This document shows, one piece after another, positions 55,948 through 64,000 of a DNA stretch of 64,000 bases (position 1 is the first letter of the stretch; each line of letters opens with the position of its first letter). This DNA is from an uncultured candidatus Porisulfidus sp. GTDB taxonomy: Bacteria; Pseudomonadota; Gammaproteobacteria; Poriferisulfidales; Poriferisulfidaceae. The notes beneath the pieces are model-generated. The model saw only the letters and a list, made by a program, of their open reading frames with translations. It was not told the DNA's origin and did no database searches. The position numbers and the translations under genes were made by a program. Location: contig OY764335.1 in the NCBI GenBank assembly GCA_963668445.1, positions 918,346 to 982,345 on the forward strand, read 5' to 3'.

Positions 55948-56714
55948 CGGTACTCATTGCAAAGCGTGCCGATGCCCTCGATTTCGACTTCGACCGTACA
56001 ACCGCGCGGCATCGGGCCCAATCCGCTGTTGGTACCGCAGCAGATGACATCGCCCGGATTCAAGGTCATGTTGGCGGAGAGTTCCCGCACGACCTCCACT
56101 GGCGGCATAATCATGTCCGTTGCAGGATAGTGCTGCTTCTCTTCGCCATCAACGCGCGTCACGACCGTCAAATCCCGATAATCCAGCCCCGTCGCGACCA
56201 CCGGACCGAAAATGCCGAAAGTGTCGAAGCCTTTGGCGCGAGTCCATTGGTCGAATCCTGCGTATTCCTTGAGCAAGCTGAACGCCGTGACATCATTGAT
56301 GCAGGTGTACCCGAAAATGGCAGCGGCGGCCTCATCCGGGCCGGCGTCATGGACGGCCTTGCCGATGACGATGCCCAGCTCCCCTTCATAGAACACGTCC
56401 TCGGCGACCGATTGCGGATGCCGAATGACCTCTCCCGTCGCTAGGAACGACGAATTGGCCTTGAACAAATAAAGCGGCGTTTCCGGGAATTGCAGCCCTT
56501 TTTCACCCGCCAAGGTGCGGTAGTTGTTCCATAACGCAGGCATCTTGGTCGGTTCGGTGGGCGTCAGCAAGCGGACATCCTGAAGCGGAACCGCCTCGCC
56601 CGTCGGCTCCGGGTCGGCAAACATATCGCCCTTGCAAACTTTGATATGCGAGTCCTCTAAGCGCCCGAACCCGACGGCCCGGCCTTTATGTGCGAAGCGC
56701 ACCCAGCGCGTCAT
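55944..56714 (-). CDS. Fumarylacetoacetate hydrolase (FAH) family protein
   Basis: FAH-fold motifs FYEGELGIVIGK and the C-terminal NPGDVICCGT..G. Confidence 0.8.
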   Translation of the reverse strand: MTRWVRFAHKGRAVGFGRLEDSHIKVCKGDMFADPEPTGEAVPLQDVRLLTPTEPTKMPALWNNYRTLAGEKGLQFPETPLYLFKANSSFLATGEVIRHPQSVAEDVFYEGELGIVIGKAVHDAGPDEAAAAIFGYTCINDVTAFSLLKEYAGFDQWTRAKGFDTFGIFGPVVATGLDYRDLTVVTRVDGEEKQHYPATDMIMPPVEVVRELSANMTLNPGDVICCGTNSGLGPMPRGCTVEVEIEGIGTLCNEYR

Positions 56715-57676
56715 GCTGCGACCGCCTGCCCTGCCATATCCCGCAAAGCATTAAGAGCCGCATCCTCCGGTTCCGGACGCGTGGCGACCCGCCGCCAGTT
56801 CCGGGCTCCCGGACGGCCGTGCAACAAGCCCGAAATGTGGCGCGTCATACGTGCAAGTGGCACGCCGCGCAGGCGTTCGCGTTCCAAATACGGAAGATAC
56901 GCTTCCAGCACTTCGCTCGGAGTCGCGGGAATATTGGATGCGGAAAACAATTCGTTCTCCATGCGACGCACCGTCCACGGGTCTTCATACGCCAGGCGCC
57001 CGATCATGACGCCATCCATATGCGCCAATTGCCGGTAAACTTCATCCACGGCTCGAATGCCGCCGTTGACGACAACGGTCAGTTGCGGGAATTCTCGCTT
57101 CAGCTCCCATACCCGCTCGTAATTCAGCGGCGGGATAGTTCGGTTTTGCTTCGGACTCAAGCCCGACAGCATGGCTTTGCGGGCGTGTACGTAGAAAATT
57201 TGGCACCCGGCCTCTGCGACCGTTGCGACGAATCGATGCAGGTCTTCCGCCGAATCCTGCCGGTCCACACCAATACGGCATTTGACAGAGACCGGAATAT
57301 CCGTCCTCGCTTGCATCGCGCTGACGCATTCGGCGACGCGTTCCGGTTCCTTCATCAAGCAGGCTCCGAACCGGCCGGCAGACACCCGGCCACTGGGGCA
57401 GCCGACATTCAGGTTGACCTCGTCGTAGCCCTGCTCTTGCGCCATGGCAGCGCACCGCGCCAAATCGCCAGGTTCGCTGCCTCCCAATTGCAAGGAAACA
57501 GGGTGCTCTTCCTCATTAAAATCAAGGAATTTAGAGGCGTTCCCATGCAAAACAGCACCTGCTGGAATCATTTCGGTGAAGAGCCATGCGTGAGGCGCCA
57601 GCAGGCGCATGAGGTAGCGGAAATGACGGTCCGTATGGTCCATCATCGGCGCGATGCAGAAAGTGCGGACGGACAT
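56711..57676 (-). CDS. dusA: tRNA-dihydrouridine synthase DusA
   Basis: CIAPMMDHTDRHFR N-terminus characteristic of DusA; TIM-barrel motifs NLNVGCP, VKCRIG. Confidence 0.9.
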   Translation of the reverse strand: MSVRTFCIAPMMDHTDRHFRYLMRLLAPHAWLFTEMIPAGAVLHGNASKFLDFNEEEHPVSLQLGGSEPGDLARCAAMAQEQGYDEVNLNVGCPSGRVSAGRFGACLMKEPERVAECVSAMQARTDIPVSVKCRIGVDRQDSAEDLHRFVATVAEAGCQIFYVHARKAMLSGLSPKQNRTIPPLNYERVWELKREFPQLTVVVNGGIRAVDEVYRQLAHMDGVMIGRLAYEDPWTVRRMENELFSASNIPATPSEVLEAYLPYLERERLRGVPLARMTRHISGLLHGRPGARNWRRVATRPEPEDAALNALRDMAGQAVAA

Positions 57677-57751
57677 GCTGGCCGGAAAGTCTTGCAGGAC
57701 AGGCCAATTATAAGGGCAGAGCCCCTACCCTGCGCATATTGTGGAATCTGG

Positions 57752-58450
57752 TCAATTGGGTGAAAGCTGTATTTCGGCGTCCGGGTCGCCTGCTGCGAGC
57801 GCGTTCATGTATGCCAAGCACAGATCTTGAGACAGATAGCGTCCGTATGCCTCATCTTCCTCTTTCTCAGCAATGGGGAAAGTCGAATAGATGTACTGGA
57901 CATCGTCGTGGTCGGTAATGCCATAGAGATGGAAATACAATGCATCAAGTTTGGCTCGCAAATGCAGTCGGCGCTCCTCGTCCCATAGAAATGGTGGCAT
58001 CACAGTTCCAGATTCGTCGACGTAGTTCATGTGTACGGCGAAAGGCGCCATGTCATGAGCAGTATAGGTTAGTTCCAGTACTGCCTCTCGGACAATGTCT
58101 AAAGCGGTTTTGGGCCCAAAATTTTCGTTGTCATAAAATTTCTGAGGAATAAAGGGAAGTTGCTCGATAATAAAAAGATTCAATGTTTGTCCATGGATTT
58201 TCTGTCGCGCCACGAAATCAAGGATCGTTGCATTGAGATTGGCAGCCAGTAGCCATTCATTGCGGATTTCGCTTTCCGATTTTAGGATAGGCACCTTGTT
58301 ACCAAAGCCTACTGCGGGGAGTAGCGCCGCTATAACGGTTCTAGTGTTGGTGGGAGCCGTGATTTCCTTGAAGCCAAGAGTCCAGCCATATCCATCGTCC
58401 CAGCCGCATTCTATTCCTCTCATTCGGACCGTGCGCATGCCAACTGCCAT
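57752..58450 (-). pseudogene. N-terminally truncated remnant of an Eco57I/type IIG-like DNA methyltransferase/restriction enzyme (C-terminal domain only)
   Basis: 232-aa ORF whose sequence (WLLAANLNATILDF...LPFIPQ...DIVREAVLELTYTAH...LYGITDHDDVQYIYSTFP) resembles the C-terminal target-recognition regions of type IIG/BREX-type methyltransferases; no methyltransferase catalytic motifs and no room for them; GC about 48%. Confidence 0.45.
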
Positions 58451-58489
58451 TTCGCTATACTGGCAAACCAGAAATCCCGAAGGATCAAC

Positions 58490-59461
58490 TTGCCTTCATC
58501 TCCTGCCGAAACCCGCCCGATGCCCTCTTCCACGCCTCCGGCCTTGGATATCGCCGGCCTCAAGAAGACTTACGCCAATGGCGTCGAGGCACTGCAGGGC
58601 ATCGACTTGAGCGTCGAGCGCGGTGATTTCTTCGCCCTGCTCGGCCCGAACGGCGCCGGCAAGTCCACGGCCATCGGCATCATCGCATCGCTGGTAACCT
58701 TTTCGGAAGGCTCGGTCTCCATCTTCGGGCACGACATCGTGCGCGACTACGCGGCGGCCCGCGCTCGCCTCGGGCTGGTGCCGCAGGAGTTCAACTTCAA
58801 TCAGTTCGACCCGGTCGAGGAGATCGTCATCCATCAGGCCGGCTTCCACGGCATTCCCCGAAGCGACGCGACGCGGAGCACCCACGCCCTCTTGGAGCAA
58901 TTGGATCTTCTGGACAAGCGCACAGTGGCAGCGCGAGAGCTGTCCGGCGGCATGAAGCGCCGGCTGATGATCGCCCGGGCGTTGGTGCATCAGCCGCAGC
59001 TGCTCATTCTGGACGAGCCGACTGCCGGCGTTGATCTGGAGATCCGCCATAGCCTGTGGAGTTATCTGAAGGACATCAACGCGCAAGGCACAACCATCAT
59101 TCTGACGACGCATTATCTGGAAGAGGCGGAGCATCTGTGCCGCACGATCGCCATTATCTCGAAGGGACGGATCCGAGCCGACACGACCATGCGCGAACTG
59201 CTCGATCAGTTGGATGCCGAGCATTTCGTGCTGTACCTGAAAGAGGCCCTGCCCCACTGCCCGCGCATCGACGGTTACGCCATGCTGTGCCCGGACCCCC
59301 GAACGCTGGAAGTCACGGTCAACCGCCGCGCCGACCTCAATCGGCTGTTCCGGGAACTCAACGCCTTGGGCATTGAGGTGCTGAGCATGAAAAACAAGAC
59401 CAACCGGCTGGAGAAGCTGTTCCTGCAGCTGGTCGGCCACCGCTTCGATCCGGCGCCATGA
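58490..59461 (+). CDS. ABC transporter ATP-binding protein (ABC-2 type, YadG-like)
   Basis: Walker A GPNGAGKST, signature LSGGMKRRL, Walker B LILDEPT; start possibly a later Met. Confidence 0.85.
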   Translation: MPSSPAETRPMPSSTPPALDIAGLKKTYANGVEALQGIDLSVERGDFFALLGPNGAGKSTAIGIIASLVTFSEGSVSIFGHDIVRDYAAARARLGLVPQEFNFNQFDPVEEIVIHQAGFHGIPRSDATRSTHALLEQLDLLDKRTVAARELSGGMKRRLMIARALVHQPQLLILDEPTAGVDLEIRHSLWSYLKDINAQGTTIILTTHYLEEAEHLCRTIAIISKGRIRADTTMRELLDQLDAEHFVLYLKEALPHCPRIDGYAMLCPDPRTLEVTVNRRADLNRLFRELNALGIEVLSMKNKTNRLEKLFLQLVGHRFDPAP

Positions 59462-60231
59462 ACCTGCGTCTGCAGCTCGTCGCTTTCCAGACGATCCTTG
59501 TCCGGGAGTTCCTGCGCTTCATGCGCATCTGGATTCAAACCATTTTGCCGCCGGCAATCACCACGGCCTTGTATTTCATCATCTTCGGCGAACTGATCGG
59601 CTCGCAACTGGCGGATATCGGCGGCTACCGCTACATGGATTACATTGCTCCCGGCCTGATCCTGATGGCGGTCATCACGAATGCGTACGCCAATGTCGTC
59701 TCCTCGTTCTACAGTTCCAAGTTCCAGCGGCACATCGAGGAGCTTCTGGTCTCGCCAGTCTCGAATTTCGTCATCTTGGCCGGCTATGTCGGCGGTGGCG
59801 TGATGCGCGGGCTGACGGTCGGTTTGGCGGTCACGCTCGTCACCGCGTTTTTTGCGGAAATTCCGCTCCATCACCTGGGTTTGATCCTGAGCGTCGCCCT
59901 GCTCACCAGCATTCTGTTCTCGCTCGCCGGCTTCATCAATGGCATCTATGCGAAAAGCTTCGACGACATCTCCATCATTCCGACGTTCGTCTTGACGCCA
60001 CTGACTTATTTGGGCGGCATCTTCTATTCGCTGGACATGCTGCCGCCCTTCTGGCAGCAGGTCTCGCTCGTCAACCCGATTCTGCACATGATCGGATTGT
60101 TCCGCTACGGCTGGATGGGCATCCAAGAAGTGGATCCGGCGAATTCCCTGCTGCTGATTGTCGGAGTGACTTTGGCGCTGGGCTATGCCTGCTTGCGCCT
60201 GCTCAAACGCGGCACTGGAATTCGTCCGTAG
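59458..60231 (+). CDS. ABC-2 type transporter permease (YadH-like)
   Basis: 257 aa, six TM helices; ATGA overlap with the ATPase gene. Confidence 0.8.
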   Translation: MNLRLQLVAFQTILVREFLRFMRIWIQTILPPAITTALYFIIFGELIGSQLADIGGYRYMDYIAPGLILMAVITNAYANVVSSFYSSKFQRHIEELLVSPVSNFVILAGYVGGGVMRGLTVGLAVTLVTAFFAEIPLHHLGLILSVALLTSILFSLAGFINGIYAKSFDDISIIPTFVLTPLTYLGGIFYSLDMLPPFWQQVSLVNPILHMIGLFRYGWMGIQEVDPANSLLLIVGVTLALGYACLRLLKRGTGIRP

Positions 60232-60263
60232 CCGGGCATCGGGAGCCCGCTCTTTCGGGAAAA

Positions 60264-60339
60264 TGGCGTCCCCAAGGGGATTCGAACCCCTGTTGCCGCC
60301 GTGAAAGGGCGGTGTCCTAGGCCTCTAGACGATGGGGAC
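60264..60339 (-). tRNA. tRNA-Glu (anticodon TTC)
   Basis: The reverse complement reads GTCCCCATCGTCTAGAGGCCTAGGACACCGCCCTTTCACGGCGGCAACAGGGGTTCGAATCCCCTTGGGGACGCCA, a near-match to canonical bacterial tRNA-Glu. Confidence 0.9.
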
Positions 60340-60453
60340 GGAACTGAATGGAGACGCATTTTAATCCGGAAAGGGTCGTTTCGTCAAACTGGCTGCCCGC
60401 CAACCTTCTCCTGTGGCATTAGAATAGAGCAAATCGGCAACGATGGGACTTTC

Positions 60454-62286
60454 ATGCTCGCAATGTTGGAATGGATTTGGAAGCGGCTTGCGCGCCCTGC
60501 CGCGGTTCTAGTTTGGCTGTACGGCAGCACGGGCATCGCCGCCGCCGAAATGGGCGGCATGGCGGATGCCGGTATCGTGTGCATGGAGAAGGATCCCCCC
60601 TACTGCTACACCACAGGACCGTACTCGCCCGGCTTCGCGCTGGCCACGGCCCATCCGGCCGCTACGGAAGCGGGCTTGGAAATTCTGAACGCCGGCGGCA
60701 ACGCCTTCGATGCGGCGGTCGCGGTTTCCGCCGTACTCGGCGTCGTGGAGCCCTACGGTTCCGGTCTAGGCGGCGGCGGCTTCTTTCTGCTGCACGACCG
60801 CGAACGCGAACACACCGCGATGCTGGACGCCCGCGAGCGGGCGCCGCTGGCCGCCCACCGCGACATGTACTTGGACACCGACGGGAACGTCGATCGGGAC
60901 CTGGCGCTCAACGGCCCTCTGGCGGCCGGCATTCCCGGCATTGCGGCCGCATGGGCGCATCTGGCGGACCGTTACGGCCGTCTGCCTCTCGCGCAGACGC
61001 TGGCTCCGGCCATCCGGCTCGCCCGCGATGGAATTGAGATCGACCCGAAGTTGGCGCAGTCCATGGCAGCCCGCGCAGACATTTTTGCCCGCTACCCTTC
61101 GTCAGAGATATTCGGACCTGCGGCATCGGCATCGCCTACTCGCCTCGTTCAAACGGATATGGCAGACACGTTGGAGCATTTGGCCGAGCATGGGGCACAG
61201 GCATTCTATTCCGGCCCGCTGGCCGAAAGCCTGATTGCGGGCATCCGCGCCCATGGCGGCATCTGGACGCATGAGGATTTGAAGCAGTACCGGGTCATGG
61301 AGCGCGAGCCCGTCAGAATCCGATGGCGCGAAGCGGAAATCATGAGCGCATCCTTGCCTTCGGCCACCGGCGTCATTGTGGCGCAAGTGCTAAACATGCT
61401 GGGCGAAGACTGGCTGGACATGGCGGGCGTAAGCGAATTCAGCAAGCAATTCATGCCCGGATCGCGCCGCGACGATTGGCTGCATATGGCGGATCAGACG
61501 CCTCGCCTGCATAAATTGATCGAAGCCTTGCGCCGTGCCTATCTGGATCGCGCCCGCCATCTGGGCGACCCGGACCATGCCGACGTACCGGTCGCCCAAT
61601 TGATGAGTACCGGACATGCACGGAAATTGATGGCCGATTTCGATCCGGAGCGTGCTACTCCTTCGCCCGGCCCCGGTGCCCCAGAGCTGGAAGCCGGGCA
61701 TACGACGCATTTCAGCATTCTGGATGACCGGGGCAACTGGGTCAGTGCGACGCTCTCCATCAACGGCCTGTTCGGATCCGGCTTCGTTGCACCGGACACG
61801 GGCATTCTTCTGAACAACGAAATGGACGATTTTTCCGCCAAGCCCGGTGCGCCCAACCTGTACGGCCTAATCGGAAGCGATGCCAATGCCATCGCACCCG
61901 GCAAGCGCATGCTGTCGTCCATGGGGCCAACCGCGGTGCGCGGCGAATTCCGGCTCGCCCTGCTGGGCACGCCTGGCGGCAGCCGCATCACCACCATGGT
62001 GCTGCAGAGCATTCTGCAGTTCCTGCAAGGCGCGGGCGCGGAAGATCTTGTCGCCACGCCGCGCCTGCACCATCAGGCTTTGCCCAACAAGGTCTTCGTC
62101 GAATCTGGGGCGATGGCAGATGCGGGCCCACTGGAAGCCCTCGGCCATACAGTCATGGAGGTTGAGCCTTGGGGCAACATGCAAGCCGTCGTTTGGGATC
62201 TTGCCGCCAATAAGCTGGAAGCCGCTTCCGACCCTCGCGGCATCGGCTCGGCAGCTACAAAAATCACCGACCATCATCTAGAATAA
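60454..62286 (+). CDS. ggt: Gamma-glutamyltransferase
   Basis: Signal/TM region followed by the GGT fold; autoprocessing site around ...ELEAGHTTHFS (Thr nucleophile); GGXGG motif; the ORF-track start at 60301 overlaps tRNA-Glu and was rejected. Confidence 0.9.
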   Translation: MLAMLEWIWKRLARPAAVLVWLYGSTGIAAAEMGGMADAGIVCMEKDPPYCYTTGPYSPGFALATAHPAATEAGLEILNAGGNAFDAAVAVSAVLGVVEPYGSGLGGGGFFLLHDREREHTAMLDARERAPLAAHRDMYLDTDGNVDRDLALNGPLAAGIPGIAAAWAHLADRYGRLPLAQTLAPAIRLARDGIEIDPKLAQSMAARADIFARYPSSEIFGPAASASPTRLVQTDMADTLEHLAEHGAQAFYSGPLAESLIAGIRAHGGIWTHEDLKQYRVMEREPVRIRWREAEIMSASLPSATGVIVAQVLNMLGEDWLDMAGVSEFSKQFMPGSRRDDWLHMADQTPRLHKLIEALRRAYLDRARHLGDPDHADVPVAQLMSTGHARKLMADFDPERATPSPGPGAPELEAGHTTHFSILDDRGNWVSATLSINGLFGSGFVAPDTGILLNNEMDDFSAKPGAPNLYGLIGSDANAIAPGKRMLSSMGPTAVRGEFRLALLGTPGGSRITTMVLQSILQFLQGAGAEDLVATPRLHHQALPNKVFVESGAMADAGPLEALGHTVMEVEPWGNMQAVVWDLAANKLEAASDPRGIGSAATKITDHHLE

Positions 62287-62323
62287 ATCTAATATAAAAG
62301 ATATAATCTATTGATATAAAAAC

Positions 62324-62337
62324 AATCCTATAGGATT
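62324..62337. repeat. Perfect 14-bp palindrome AATCCTATAGGATT in the AT-rich convergent ggt/gltX intergenic region
   Basis: Read directly; it abuts the gltX stop codon; surrounding 50 bp are under 25% GC. Confidence 0.4.
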
Positions 62338-63750
62338 CTAACTTTCCATTTCGGAGGACATCGCGACGGCATCCAGACGCTGCAGGGTGCGGGCGCGTCC
62401 CAGCAGCAGCAACGTATCCTCAATGGACGGCGAGACGGCGCTTCCGGTGACGGCGACGCGCAAGGGCTGAGCGATCTTGCCGGGCTTGACTTGGCACCGC
62501 TCGCAAGCAACTTGGATAAGGTTCCGCAAGGCTTCCGCCGTCCACGCGGTCTTCTTCAAGTCCGAGCGCAGTTCGCGCAACATCGCCACGGCATCGGCAG
62601 TCAGGAATTTCCGTGCAGCCTTCTCATCCACAGATGGATTTTCCTCCAGTAGCCAGCGGCTCTGCCGCGCCATATCCGCCATATTGCGGCAGCGCTGGCG
62701 TTGTACGTCCAGCAAAGCATCTTGCGCCGCCGCATCCAGAGCAGTCGAGTCCAGTCCTTGCGCGGCGCAGTGCCACGCGAATTCCACGTTCAATTCGTTC
62801 CGCTCCACGCGTCCGATTTGCTGCTGGTTGATCCAGTCGAGCTTCTTCGAATCTAGCCGGCTGGCGGCGGGATTGAGGCTGTCCAAGTCGAATTTCCGGA
62901 TGAGTTCGTCCCGGCTGAAGAGTTCGTCGTCGCCATGCGCCCAGCCTAGCCGTGCAAGCGCATTGACCAGAGCCGTCGGCAGATAGCCCCACTCCCGATA
63001 GCGCATCACGTCCGCGGCATCTTCGCGCTTGGACAATTTGCGCCCTTGAGCATCCAGAATCATGGGCAAGTGGGCGTACTGGGGCTCCGGCGCTCCAAGA
63101 GCCCGAAGGATATGGACTTGGCGCGGAGTGTTGTTGAGATGGTCGTCGCCGCGAATGATGTGCGTAATGCCTGCGTCCCAATCGTCGGCGACGACGGCCA
63201 GATGATAGGTCGGACTCCCGTCGGCGCGGGCGATGACCAGATCGTCCAACTCGTCGTTGCGGTAGGTCACGGTGCCTTTGAGACTGTCGCGGACACTGAC
63301 GTCGCCATCCAAAGGAGTCTTGAAGCGCACCACGGAATGCTCCGATGGCGGCTTGCCAAGTTCGCGGCAGTGCCGGTCGTAGCGCGGCTTGGATTTGGCT
63401 TCAAGTTGCTCCTGCCTCAGCCGGTCCAATCGCTCCGCCGTGCAATCGCAGTAGTACGCATGGCCGCAGTCCAGAAGCATCTGCAAGACTTCCCGGTGGC
63501 GTGCGCCGCGTGCGGACTGCTGCACGACTTCGCCGTCCCAGTCGATGCCCAACCATTCCAATGCAGCCAGAATCTGCTGCCGGTTCGCTTCCGTCGAGCG
63601 TTTGCGGTCGGTGTCCTCGACGCGCAGCATGAATTCGCCTCCGCTATGCCGGGCGAACAACCAATTGTAGAGTGCCGTCCGCGCCCCGCCCAAGTGCAGG
63701 GCCCCCGTAGGACTAGGAGCGAAGCGGGTTCGAATGGCGGAAGCGGTCAT
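62338..63750 (-). CDS. gltX: Glutamyl-tRNA synthetase
   Basis: Class I HIGH motif (PSPTGALHLGG) and KMSKS-like KLSKR; start taken at MTASAIRTRFAPSPTG. Confidence 0.95.
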   Translation of the reverse strand: MTASAIRTRFAPSPTGALHLGGARTALYNWLFARHSGGEFMLRVEDTDRKRSTEANRQQILAALEWLGIDWDGEVVQQSARGARHREVLQMLLDCGHAYYCDCTAERLDRLRQEQLEAKSKPRYDRHCRELGKPPSEHSVVRFKTPLDGDVSVRDSLKGTVTYRNDELDDLVIARADGSPTYHLAVVADDWDAGITHIIRGDDHLNNTPRQVHILRALGAPEPQYAHLPMILDAQGRKLSKREDAADVMRYREWGYLPTALVNALARLGWAHGDDELFSRDELIRKFDLDSLNPAASRLDSKKLDWINQQQIGRVERNELNVEFAWHCAAQGLDSTALDAAAQDALLDVQRQRCRNMADMARQSRWLLEENPSVDEKAARKFLTADAVAMLRELRSDLKKTAWTAEALRNLIQVACERCQVKPGKIAQPLRVAVTGSAVSPSIEDTLLLLGRARTLQRLDAVAMSSEMES

Positions 63751-63893
63751 GGCAATGGCATGGCGGCGGCAAACCAGGCGCAAGCACTGATCATCCGGCA
63801 AGCAGCATAGCCATTTTACTAGTGACTTGGCGGCCTCTGCCGACCTCCACCGACACGGGGTACAATCAGGGCTCCAGTACCCCCGCCCGCCCC

Positions 63894-64000
63894 ATGTTCC
63901 TCGACACTTACCAAGCGCAGATTGCTGAACGCCAATTCGCTTCGGATCCGGTGCAGCAGCAGGCCGCCGAACAACTTCAAAGTGTCTTCGACCACCTGAC
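63894..64000 (+). CDS. Possible ZapE/AFG1-family ATPase, N-terminus only (3-prime truncated by the window)
   Basis: ATG at 63894; MFLDTYQAQIAERQFASDPVQQQAAEQLQSVFDHL resembles ZapE N-termini; too short to be sure. Confidence 0.35.
   Translation, partial: MFLDTYQAQIAERQFASDPVQQQAAEQLQSVFDHL

Noticed and set aside
60301-60453. 5-prime extension of the ggt ORF
   Set aside because: The extension runs across the minus-strand tRNA-Glu (60264..60339); the real start is taken at the ATG at 60454 preceding the signal/TM segment.

Overview
This 64 kb window is a high-GC (about 60-65%) Gram-negative proteobacterial chromosome segment. It is densely packed with conserved housekeeping genes in classic syntenic blocks: ruvAB-ybgC-tolQRAB-pal-cpoB-queEC; apbC-dcd-eno-ftsB-ispDF; mutL-miaA-hfq-hflXKC-hisZ-purA; queA-tgt-yajC-secDF; trxB/ftsK-lolA-rarA; sdhCDAB-sdhE-metX; and two tRNAs (Ala-GGC and Glu-TTC). 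The ORF track counts GTG/TTG as Met starts, so several starts were re-placed by hand. Superimposed on the core backbone are a few accessory or decayed patches. (1) At 32.3-38.7 kb a MotA/ExbB-like plus MotB/ExbD-like stator-type pair, both with coiled-coil extensions, sits directly upstream of a translationally coupled GldA/GldF/GldG-like ABC transporter plus a DUF4340 gene; this is the most interesting candidate system. (2) At 44.1-46.2 kb, next to tRNA-Ala, is an AT-rich islet carrying a frameshift-decayed AlbA_2/HATPase_c_4 (Schlafen-like) gene. (3) At 51.75-55.0 kb is a lower-GC islet with a short-form prepilin peptidase, a tightly coupled small ORF, a lipoprotein built from a tandem duplicated domain, two convergent inverted copies of a MNT-HEPN toxin-antitoxin-like module that are each damaged in different ways, and a type IV pilin-like gene with a frameshift in its leader. 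(4) At 57.75-58.45 kb is an N-terminally truncated remnant of an Eco57I/type IIG-like DNA methyltransferase. No CRISPR array, intact transposase or integrase was seen. All calls come from reading the supplied translations and sequence; no database searches were run.
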